A stretch of DNA of 64,000 nt, from positions 32,001 to 96,000 of the forward strand of contig CAWJQU010000008.1 of the NCBI GenBank assembly GCA_963845145.1. Reading direction: 5' to 3'. Of the stretch, positions 42,117 through 49,834 are shown one piece after another. Position 1 is the first letter of the stretch, and each line of letters begins with the position of its first letter. Both the position numbers and the translations under genes were made by a program. The notes beneath the pieces were generated by a model. The model was given only the letters and a program-made list of their open reading frames with translations. It was not told the origin of the DNA and searched no databases. The stretch is from an uncultured delta proteobacterium (GTDB taxonomy: Bacteria > Desulfobacterota > Desulfobacteria > Desulfobacterales > QNYZ01).

Positions 42117-44234
42117 TCATCTTGAGGTAGACGCAAGCCCTTCCAAATATCTGTAGCTGGCAACCTCCCACGGCGTCATTACGGCACAAACCAAGTTGTC
42201 CCGACGATACGCCTTAAGTGCGTTTGAATTCAGACCAAACGCCCCTTTCAGCGAATCCGGGAATAAGGGCGAAAAAATATCCCGGGCCAGCGATATCAAT
42301 ACGGCGATCATACCCTTGTTCGGCAGCAAGCGAAGCTGCCTTGAAAGCTCGGAATTGGAAAGGGTTGGTGAGGATAAAGATTGAATAATCCCTGCCACAT
42401 CTTGGATCTGGGTAAGAGTGTGCCATGTCGGCCACTCAACAGAGACCAATAAAGATAGTAGGGCCTGATCAGCAGCGGAAGGTGCCGGAAAGGACCCCGC
42501 CGGTGTCTCGATCGTCGTGAGATTGGCCAGCAACCCATCCACATTCAGTGCATCAACCGGGTCAAAGCAACACAAAGAATCTAATCGATCATGAACAACC
42601 ACCTGCCACGGGGCATATGAATCGATCCGGGGGCGTTCGGAACCGGCATACCGGACAGACATTGTTTGAGAAATAAACTGACGGGAAGGCAAGCGTTCAT
42701 TTTCCAGCCGCTCTATGACGGCTTGCATCTGACCGGAAGATGTTAAAATATGCGCTTGATGAAAAGGTCTCGTTTCCGGATTTCGGCAAAACCGCTCGGC
42801 AATTGATGGACCATAAACCACACACCATTTTCCCTTTAAATCATTCAATACAAGGGCCACCCGGCAGAAAAACGTCATGTATGCCTGCCGAGACTTTTGG
42901 GCTGCTTCTAAACTCATTTCAAGCGAATTCACTAAATAGGGCGGTAAATTTGGTCTTTTTTTTTCACTATATAAAAGTGTTTTTGCGATTTGTGGCAGTG
43001 ACCCGTGATGATCGGCAAGTTTTAATAAGGTCCACCATTGAGAGGGCGACAATTGGCCGGACGCCGGCTTTCGGGGTGAAAATGAAAGAATGGAGATAAA
43101 ATTTTCGAAGATCCTGTTCTTTGTATCCCCTGGGAAATGGACGGACCGCTGCTGTCTATGGCGTTGGGGTGCCAGGCAAGCCCGGTTTGGGGCCGCTAAA
43201 ACCGATTTCAGCTGGTCGTTTAATTTACTGAAATGCAGCCGATAAGGAACCGAAAAAGCGGGGTAATCGGAAGCCAATTTAAGCATCGTTTCAAAATGGC
43301 TGCCGACGATCCTGGTTGGGCCGGTATAATAGCCTGATTCAAGAATTTGTTTGGAAGCCGCCATTTGATCCATCGGCGTTAACGCCTCCGGTGTTATTGC
43401 ATCCGGTGTTATCAAATCAGGGTCCGTTGCCTCCAAAGAAAGCATGAGGGAAGCCATTACCGGACAAGCCTGCTCGCTGATATTAATAAACACATCATGG
43501 CAATTATAGGCATCTTTTCCCTTCACCTGTTCAAGGGAATCTGAAAGGGGAACCCCCGATTCGAGCAACAATTGACGACTTTGAGCTGATAACATTAAAA
43601 AGTCGGACACGCCCGAAACCATCAAGCCGCTGTCGGTTTCGAATAGAAGACAGCGATCCTCCGCCATGAAACGTCCTATCCCGAGGCTTGTCAAGCCGGT
43701 GGCCATGGTCGACTTTCCGGACCCCGACGGGCCTAAAATCAATAACGCCCGGCCATTTATTTCAATCGCTCCGGCATGAACCATATATCTTTTTTCATAT
43801 CTCAATATCTCCGTGTAGGCCAGACGTCCCAATCGCTCCGCAGCCGGTAAACCGTTTTTCAAAAAGGATAGCGAAGCGGTTCGGTTTATATAATCAAGGG
43901 TTAAGCTTGCCCCGGGAATCGACGCCCGATAAAGACCGCCCGGATCTTCTTCCGCCCAATGGATCTCAATGCCCGGCCACATAAACAGCGTACGTGCAGT
44001 TGATGGTTTTAAAAAGCCTATTTGCGATTGTGACCCAATTGATTGAACATCCAGATACCAGACTTTACCACCGGCTTCGCCTCTTGGCATTGCGTCTAAT
44101 GAAGGAAAAATACGTTTTAAGGGTATATCCTCATGACAAGTAACTTCAATTGAAACATCAAAAATTCCAAACACAACACGATCCATCAACGGTTTTCCTT
44201 TCGACACATCATCGGGCCTGAACGTCACAGTCAA
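42117..44234 (-). CDS. HPr-kinase-like P-loop kinase fused to a degenerate nucleotidyltransferase-like domain
   Basis: VHAGAIEINGRALLILGPSGSGKST..FMAEDRCLL; C-half WWTLLKLADHHG...VYGPSIAERFCRNPETRPFHQAHIL...QIQDV; start may be 44186. Confidence 0.75.
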   Translation of the reverse strand: MTVTFRPDDVSKGKPLMDRVVFGIFDVSIEVTCHEDIPLKRIFPSLDAMPRGEAGGKVWYLDVQSIGSQSQIGFLKPSTARTLFMWPGIEIHWAEEDPGGLYRASIPGASLTLDYINRTASLSFLKNGLPAAERLGRLAYTEILRYEKRYMVHAGAIEINGRALLILGPSGSGKSTMATGLTSLGIGRFMAEDRCLLFETDSGLMVSGVSDFLMLSAQSRQLLLESGVPLSDSLEQVKGKDAYNCHDVFINISEQACPVMASLMLSLEATDPDLITPDAITPEALTPMDQMAASKQILESGYYTGPTRIVGSHFETMLKLASDYPAFSVPYRLHFSKLNDQLKSVLAAPNRACLAPQRHRQQRSVHFPGDTKNRIFENFISILSFSPRKPASGQLSPSQWWTLLKLADHHGSLPQIAKTLLYSEKKRPNLPPYLVNSLEMSLEAAQKSRQAYMTFFCRVALVLNDLKGKWCVVYGPSIAERFCRNPETRPFHQAHILTSSGQMQAVIERLENERLPSRQFISQTMSVRYAGSERPRIDSYAPWQVVVHDRLDSLCCFDPVDALNVDGLLANLTTIETPAGSFPAPSAADQALLSLLVSVEWPTWHTLTQIQDVAGIIQSLSSPTLSNSELSRQLRLLPNKGMIAVLISLARDIFSPLFPDSLKGAFGLNSNALKAYRRDNLVCAVMTPWEVASYRYLEGLASTSR

Positions 44235-44323
44235 TCAGGGCTGAGCCACTCTAAAGATAGTTTAAATTCCCATTTTTATTTAAAAAAGTCCGACTAGTAC
44301 AGTCCCGCTCTATAAAAAATTAC

Positions 44324-44352
44324 TTGACATAATTGAATATTCAGATAGTACT
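44324..44352 (+). promoter_or_regulatory. Putative sigma70 promoter for the precursor gene
   Basis: Perfect TTGACA at 44324 with a weak -10 (TAGTAC) 16-17 nt downstream, in the divergent intergenic region. Confidence 0.4.
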
Positions 44353-44471
44353 TGCAATAACTTCAAAGTACATAGCATAAGGTGTGATTAATACCATAGG
44401 CTGGGAAGAAAAACGAGTTGATCACGATTTTGAATGATAACCACCCTATTTAATTTTTTACAGGAGGCAAA

Positions 44472-44915
44472 ATGACCGAAAAGAAAAAAAAAGTACAGAT
44501 TGGTGAGCATGTGACCTGGAAAGCAATGGGAGATGACAAAAGCATTATCCTCGATCTAGATTCCGGGAGCTATTACACATTGAACGAGACCGCCACAACC
44601 GCCTGGAAAATAATCGACCAGGGTGGTGATATCGATCAAGTGGTCCGCACCCTGAGTGGAAATTTTACAGCAGATAATGCTTCAATCAGCGATGATGTCA
44701 TGACCTTCACCAAAGCTTTGTCGCATAAGGGCCTGGCAACACTGATCGACAAAGAATCTTCGGAAGAAACGGCCATCACACCGGAAATTTTGGGCAACCC
44801 GCTCGAATATACCAAACCCGCTATCGAACAACATGAGGCCATGCAACAGGTAACGGCCGGCACGGGCAGCAGTTCCAGCTCATCCGGGGGGGGACACTAC
44901 TGGTATCCGAATTAA
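44472..44915 (+). CDS. PqqD/RRE domain fused to RiPP precursor peptide (lasso-type leader + core GTGSSSSSSGGGHYWYPN)
   Basis: AGGAGG RBS; PqqD pattern IILDLDSGSYYTLNETATTAWKII...DDVMTFTKALSHKGL; then YTKPAI...VTA|G leader and Ser/Gly plus aromatic tail. Confidence 0.85.
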   Translation: MTEKKKKVQIGEHVTWKAMGDDKSIILDLDSGSYYTLNETATTAWKIIDQGGDIDQVVRTLSGNFTADNASISDDVMTFTKALSHKGLATLIDKESSEETAITPEILGNPLEYTKPAIEQHEAMQQVTAGTGSSSSSSGGGHYWYPN

Positions 44916-44976
44916 TCCTTAAGCGAAAACAACCCGGCACTTCTTTTAAGAACAGCACCTGAAATGAACGAATCAT

Positions 44977-45053
44977 AGTGCCCGTCATGCCTGAAATACC
45001 GCAAAATTGGCGTGCAATTTTACGGTATTTCAGGCTTGACGAGGCACTTTTTT
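44977..45053 (+). terminator. Long hairpin plus U-run after the precursor gene
   Basis: agtgcccgtcatgcctgaaataccgcaaaattg / caattttacggtatttcaggcttgacgaggcact followed by a T-run. Confidence 0.75.
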
Positions 45054-45255
45054 AATGACATGCGACTTTTGAGTGCTGTTTAACCCTTTTCCGAGACTAA
45101 ATCATTCAATACCTCTTAAAATTGGTTTTTGTGTCACAATTTTCCATCAAATAAGATGGCCGTTGCCGTGAGTCACTCTGCCCCCTCAGCCCCCATGGAT
45201 CATACAGAACCTAAATGGACTATTTATTTTAGCGACCAGCCCTACAGGTATCATT

Positions 45256-46257
45256 TTGGGTAACTTATACATCACAACTCTGTGCAATCGACATTGCAGC
45301 TACTGCTTCGCAAATCTACCCGCACCAAAAACCAATACTCCGCGGGATCATGCGGGACTTCTGGAATTCATGCCCCCTGATTTTGTGGAAAAATCCATTC
45401 GGTTTTTACAAAGATCAGGCATGCAGACCGTTGGTGTTTTGGGCGGAGAACCGACGCTGCATCCAGGCTTTACCGATATCATAAATCAGATTATTGATTC
45501 TAAAATGAACGTAAGGCTTTTCACGGGTGGGATTATTTCTTCGGGCATGATTAATTATTTAAAATCTTTGCCTTACGATCGCATTCGCATAATCATCAAT
45601 CTTCCTAGCGGTGAGGCGTGCCATACTAAAAAGTATGAACGAATTATTGCATCCTTGAAAAATTTATCAGACCGCGCCATGATCAGCTATACCATAACAC
45701 AACCGGACGAGGATCTGGTCCATCTAAGTGATCTGGCCGGTTCCTTGGATACCCTGCCTTTTATTCGATTGGGCATCATGTTGCCACGCGTCGAACAAAA
45801 TAAGCATGGATTAAAACCTTCAAAATATGGTGACTTGGCCGCCCCCATCTTGAGATTGTCCCGGGCATGCCACCGTCGCAACATATCGCTTGAATTCGAT
45901 TGTGGCTTTACCCGATGTATGTTTACGCCTGAAGAGATATCACAACTAACACACTCGAACTGTCGCCCTCGGTTTGTTTGCAGCCCGATTATTGATATCG
46001 GATGTGACCTGCAGACATGGTCCTGTTTTCCACTTCAGCAATTAACCCAATTTAAACTGGATGATTTTTCAACGCGAGAGGAGCTGGTTGATCAATTTTC
46101 TCAAACCCAATCACCCTATCGAACCTTTGGGGTATACGACACGTGTCATCAATGTGCCTATAAACAAAAAGGGCAATGTGCCGGGGGGTGCCTGGCTCAT
46201 ACGATTCGCAGCTTTAACAAAAACAAGCCGACATGGCAAAAGGAAGACGCACATTGA
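45256..46257 (+). CDS. Radical SAM/SPASM-type protein (rSAM-5)
   Basis: TTG start; ITTLCNRHCSYCF, LGGEPTLHP; C-terminal DCG..RC..C..C..SCFP...CHQC....QCAGGC. Confidence 0.88.
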   Translation: MGNLYITTLCNRHCSYCFANLPAPKTNTPRDHAGLLEFMPPDFVEKSIRFLQRSGMQTVGVLGGEPTLHPGFTDIINQIIDSKMNVRLFTGGIISSGMINYLKSLPYDRIRIIINLPSGEACHTKKYERIIASLKNLSDRAMISYTITQPDEDLVHLSDLAGSLDTLPFIRLGIMLPRVEQNKHGLKPSKYGDLAAPILRLSRACHRRNISLEFDCGFTRCMFTPEEISQLTHSNCRPRFVCSPIIDIGCDLQTWSCFPLQQLTQFKLDDFSTREELVDQFSQTQSPYRTFGVYDTCHQCAYKQKGQCAGGCLAHTIRSFNKNKPTWQKEDAH

Positions 46258-47522
46258 ATCAGGATTCAGCGTTTAATCGAATTGTTAAGAATCTCATCAC
46301 CCTTCTATCCGGTGAGCGCAATTCGATCGATCAAGCCATTTTAAGCGATGATCGCTCTATGCGCCAATTCGCCCGAATCTGCCATACTCATGGAATTCAC
46401 CATCTTGTGGCGTTTCTCTTAAACGAAAGAGCCGATAACAAGGCTGAAATTTTACCGTTAACATCGGCTCTTTGTACGGATACAGCAGCACGTATGGCCT
46501 TTTTAATGGGGGCCCAATTCCAGGCCAAACAACTGGCCGGGCAATTCAAAAAACAACAGATACCGGTGATATTCTTCAAAGGTATCGTCTTGGCGAATAC
46601 CGTTTACGCGGACCACCCCCTGAATCGCTTATTCGGCGATATCGACATCCTCATCCCATTTAAATTTTTCGATACAGCCATTGAAACAATGGTCGACCTG
46701 GGATATACGCTGGCTTCACATAAACAGGATATTGCAAGCCTGCGAAAGTATAACCGTAAATTGTGTTTTCGGCCGCCTCCCGGCCGGACATGCAGCATCG
46801 ATGTCCATTTCCAGTTATTCGGTAAAAAATTGTACACCCAGACGGCATGTTTATCTGAGGCGTTTTTTTTTAAACATGCCCGTCAAATAGTCGTCGGTAA
46901 CGAGACCTATTGGGTGCCACGCGAAGAACTCCACTTTTTATATCTACTGATCCACTTTTCATTGCAACATCACCTCGCTTCCCTGGGATGGATGTACGAT
47001 ATCAAACATCTACTCGCCCGCAGCCAGGATTGGGATTGGGATTTTTTAGGCGACACGGTGGCGGTTTTTAAAGTTAAGCGAAGTGTGTGGCTATCTCTGG
47101 CTGCGACTAAAAAACACCTAAAAGCAACGCCCCCCCCGCGGTTTTGTCAAAGGATTCAACCATCACCCCTTGGTCCTTTGGAACGGGCCTGGTTTGGCGC
47201 CCAATTGAATGGATTTAACATCGCCTGCTTGGCGCATCACTACCATCAGCAAACGCTTTTAGGAAAGGCATCGCGGATGTTTTCCGAGGTTCTTTTAATC
47301 GACCGCAAAGCCGATCGCGTAAGGGCCATTTTAAAATGGGCATTTCCGGACCCCGCCCTTTTGCGCACCTCTTACCGCCTGACAAAGGCATGGCAAATAG
47401 TACTTGCTTATATGGCCCACCCCTTTGTATTGCTATTTTTCCTGATTAGCATTGGTGTGCTCTCAAATCGATATCGCAACGAGCCCACCCGCCAACCAAC
47501 AACTAAATCTCGTTACCCATAA
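46233..47522 (+). CDS. Nucleotidyltransferase family protein (type found in lasso/PqqD clusters)
   Basis: IFFKGIVLANTVY...RLFGDIDILI, IDVHFQL, LYLLIH and WMYDI; C-terminal hydrophobic segment. Confidence 0.85.
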   Translation: MAKGRRTLNQDSAFNRIVKNLITLLSGERNSIDQAILSDDRSMRQFARICHTHGIHHLVAFLLNERADNKAEILPLTSALCTDTAARMAFLMGAQFQAKQLAGQFKKQQIPVIFFKGIVLANTVYADHPLNRLFGDIDILIPFKFFDTAIETMVDLGYTLASHKQDIASLRKYNRKLCFRPPPGRTCSIDVHFQLFGKKLYTQTACLSEAFFFKHARQIVVGNETYWVPREELHFLYLLIHFSLQHHLASLGWMYDIKHLLARSQDWDWDFLGDTVAVFKVKRSVWLSLAATKKHLKATPPPRFCQRIQPSPLGPLERAWFGAQLNGFNIACLAHHYHQQTLLGKASRMFSEVLLIDRKADRVRAILKWAFPDPALLRTSYRLTKAWQIVLAYMAHPFVLLFFLISIGVLSNRYRNEPTRQPTTKSRYP

Positions 47523-47535
47523 TCGGGGCTCGTAT

Positions 47536-47720
47536 AAGGGTCTGTATGAAAATAACTTCACAAGCTAATTTTTAAAATGTTTCAGTTTGTTAAAGGCCTA
47601 TAAGAGCGATTCACCTTAAGGGGACTAACCACAGAAATACAATAGGTATTTCGAGGAGTAGAATTTGAGTCAGACTTAGAGATTGAGTAAACGGGGACGT
47701 TTTAAAATCGGTTTCACATT
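47536..47720. repeat. Possible degenerate MITE-like intergenic element
   Basis: Begins gggtctgtatgaaaataacttc, internal gaaatac-aatag-gtatttc palindrome; lies between convergent genes. Confidence 0.3.
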
Positions 47721-48713
47721 TTAAGCATCAATCGGATGCACGGTGACAGCCTCAAGCCTCCCCTCCTCCTCAAGTTTTCGCATGCCCTGTTCGTAATATG
47801 TTCGGCATAACGAGCACGTGTGGCACTCCTGGTCGCAATTTAGGGTCTTCTTATAGAACGCTTCAGTCACATCAATCGGTTGCAGCACGGATGCCGGCCC
47901 GCCCCCCAAAACGTTGGGTGTGAGCGGCTGGTGATTAATGTAGGAATCCAGCACGTGAATGTACTTGGCGGGCTTCCGAAGCGTCACACGCCCGCCCAGC
48001 TTAAGTTCATCATATACGCCCTCGAACAGATGCAAATGCTGGGGAAGTACCCACCCACCGGTGAGTCTAAGCCAGGGATCGCGCGATAGCATTTCCCAGC
48101 ACAATGACCTAGGCGCCGCAAAGTCGCACCCCATCTCGTGAAAGTGCTGAATCCGGAAGATACAACCGGGAAGGCAAGATTCGTTGACCAGAAAGCGAAT
48201 CTTGCCGGGAAAGGCAGCCTTCAGAGACCGCAAAGCGGGCAAATCCCTCACGATTCGGGCACCCGGAACAAGCGTGTCGAAAACATCCCCTAACATGGCG
48301 ACTTGGTTGGGTTTCGTAATCATCATCAGGCACGAGCCGGTCAGCTCCAGGTCGGGTAGTTTTTCGCGAACACGACGCGCAAGCGTGAGGTTGGTCACGG
48401 TTGCGCCCTTGAGACCGCATTCGTCACGCAACCGTCTCAACTCGTCGATCACACGCGGCGTAATTTCCTCGACAGGTCGTTTGAGTGTGATTGGATTCAA
48501 TAGCGCCGTGCAAGCGAACGGACAGTCACGGAGGAACGCCTCGCGGTGTTGTGAAGATTGCGTGGGCTCACCCGAAGAGATAATATCTTCAAGCAGCGGG
48601 AAGTAAACTTCACCGATGTGGTCATTGAAAAGTTCGTCGAAATGCTGCCAGACTTCAATTGGGAAATCGATATACGGAATTGCCCACTTCGTGGGACCAC
48701 TTGATTTTTTCAT
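47721..48713 (-). CDS. U32-peptidase-like Fe-S protein
   Basis: LLN..., IRFLVNESCLPGCIFRIQHFH...C, LKLGGR and C-terminal CDQECHTCSLC. Confidence 0.7.
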   Translation of the reverse strand: MKKSSGPTKWAIPYIDFPIEVWQHFDELFNDHIGEVYFPLLEDIISSGEPTQSSQHREAFLRDCPFACTALLNPITLKRPVEEITPRVIDELRRLRDECGLKGATVTNLTLARRVREKLPDLELTGSCLMMITKPNQVAMLGDVFDTLVPGARIVRDLPALRSLKAAFPGKIRFLVNESCLPGCIFRIQHFHEMGCDFAAPRSLCWEMLSRDPWLRLTGGWVLPQHLHLFEGVYDELKLGGRVTLRKPAKYIHVLDSYINHQPLTPNVLGGGPASVLQPIDVTEAFYKKTLNCDQECHTCSLCRTYYEQGMRKLEEEGRLEAVTVHPIDA

Positions 48714-48816
48714 CTCATGCCTATTCCAAAATTCTCCGATCGGCCGCCAGTGGCGGTCATATCGTCTATTACGCTCTCTGTCATCCGAAAAGAGATAGTG
48801 ATAAAAAGGAGTTGCC

Positions 48817-49209
48817 TTATTTCACCGTCATCACCGGACAAGCGGCTTTTAAAATGATCTGCTGGGCCGTAGACCCCATCAGCAGCTTACCCACTTTGGA
48901 ACGGCGCCTGACCCCGATAAAGATTTCATCCACATTGTTTTCGGCGGCATAGGAGATTAAATCGTGCCCCGGCGTATTCCCCCGAATCAGAAGATGCGTT
49001 TCGCATGTCAACCCGTCATCCGTCACCAATTTTTTCACCGATTCCAGCGCATTATTGGCGGCCTCAATGTCGGACACTTCATTTTCAGTACCGTGCTGCA
49101 TGGACGTGATGATACAGATAACGGCTTTGAATTGTTTGGCGTGCTTGCAGGCCAGATTTAATGCTGCCTGGGCCGAATTCGAGCCATCATAACCAACGAG
49201 AATTTTCAT
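48817..49209 (-). CDS. Universal stress protein
   Basis: KILVGYDGS...IFIGVRRRSKVGKLLMGSTAQQIILKAACPV. Confidence 0.93.
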   Translation of the reverse strand: MKILVGYDGSNSAQAALNLACKHAKQFKAVICIITSMQHGTENEVSDIEAANNALESVKKLVTDDGLTCETHLLIRGNTPGHDLISYAAENNVDEIFIGVRRRSKVGKLLMGSTAQQIILKAACPVMTVK

Positions 49210-49297
49210 ATTTTTTCCTTTCTATTTGTTGAAGGGGAAATCGAATAGGATTAAAACGGAAGAAAATGATTGTTTCATGGGAGTGATCGCACTTGGT

Positions 49298-49357
49298 TGT
49301 TATAGTTGCGGCCTGGCTGTAATAGTTGAGGCCTATCTGTAATAGTTGAGATTAGTT
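49298..49357. repeat. 20-bp tandem repeat (~2.6 copies)
   Basis: tgttatagttgcggcctggc / tgtaatagttgaggcctatc / tgtaatagttgag. Confidence 0.7.
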
Positions 49358-49380
49358 CGTTATGCTTCGATTCGTAAAAT

Positions 49381-49418
49381 AATACCCGCCCCCTTCGGCA
49401 TACCAAAGGGGGCGTATT
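49381..49418 (-). terminator. Terminator downstream of dodecin gene
   Basis: aatacccgccccctt / aagggggcgtatt hairpin. Confidence 0.6.
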
Positions 49419-49437
49419 CAAATTTACGCTTTTTTCA

Positions 49438-49638
49438 TCAGCTGTCAACGATAAATGTCACCTTTGCGTTTACACGATAACGGGCAATGTTGTTATCGTC
49501 GACGATGGCCTGAATACCTTCTGCATATACATTTTTAATGTTCTTTACAGTCTTGCTGGCTTCACTGACAGCCGCCTCAAACGCACCTTCCACACTGCTA
49601 CCTTCAGAAATCAGTTCGATGACTTTTGCAATTGCCAT
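49438..49638 (-). CDS. Dodecin family protein
   Basis: 66 aa; VIELISEG..AVSEASKTVKNI...YRVNAKVTF. Confidence 0.88.
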   Translation of the reverse strand: MAIAKVIELISEGSSVEGAFEAAVSEASKTVKNIKNVYAEGIQAIVDDNNIARYRVNAKVTFIVDS

Positions 49639-49834
49639 TCTTAGCTCCTTTCAAATGAGGGTTGAATAGAAAAGGATGTTAAAACCCAGGCTCATACCGA
49701 TGGCGATGCTGCCGGCCTCAAGGGTAAGTCAAGGTTTTATAGCCAATTCTATCACTATTGATAAAACCGCCGCAGATTTCCCGCCGACGGGTTGAACACA
49801 TTGGCCCCTTCTCAATCCACACCAGTATCCTGGC

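Noticed and set aside
45156..45263. 35-aa aromatic-rich ORF as a second precursor (MAVAVSH...YRYHFG)
   Set aside because: No clear RBS, no YxxP/T-2 leader, and it overlaps the rSAM-5 start; probably spurious
44472..46257. PQQ biosynthesis (pqqD/pqqE)
   Set aside because: No pqqB/pqqC and no ExxxY PqqA core; the PqqD domain is better read as a generic RRE
34465..47522. Canonical lasso peptide cluster
   Set aside because: No asparagine-synthetase-like cyclase in the window, and the core has no Asp/Glu at positions 7-9 (or anywhere) for macrolactam formation
49298..49357. CRISPR array
   Set aside because: Period is only 20 bp with no unique spacers and no cas genes; no CRISPR array was seen anywhere in the window
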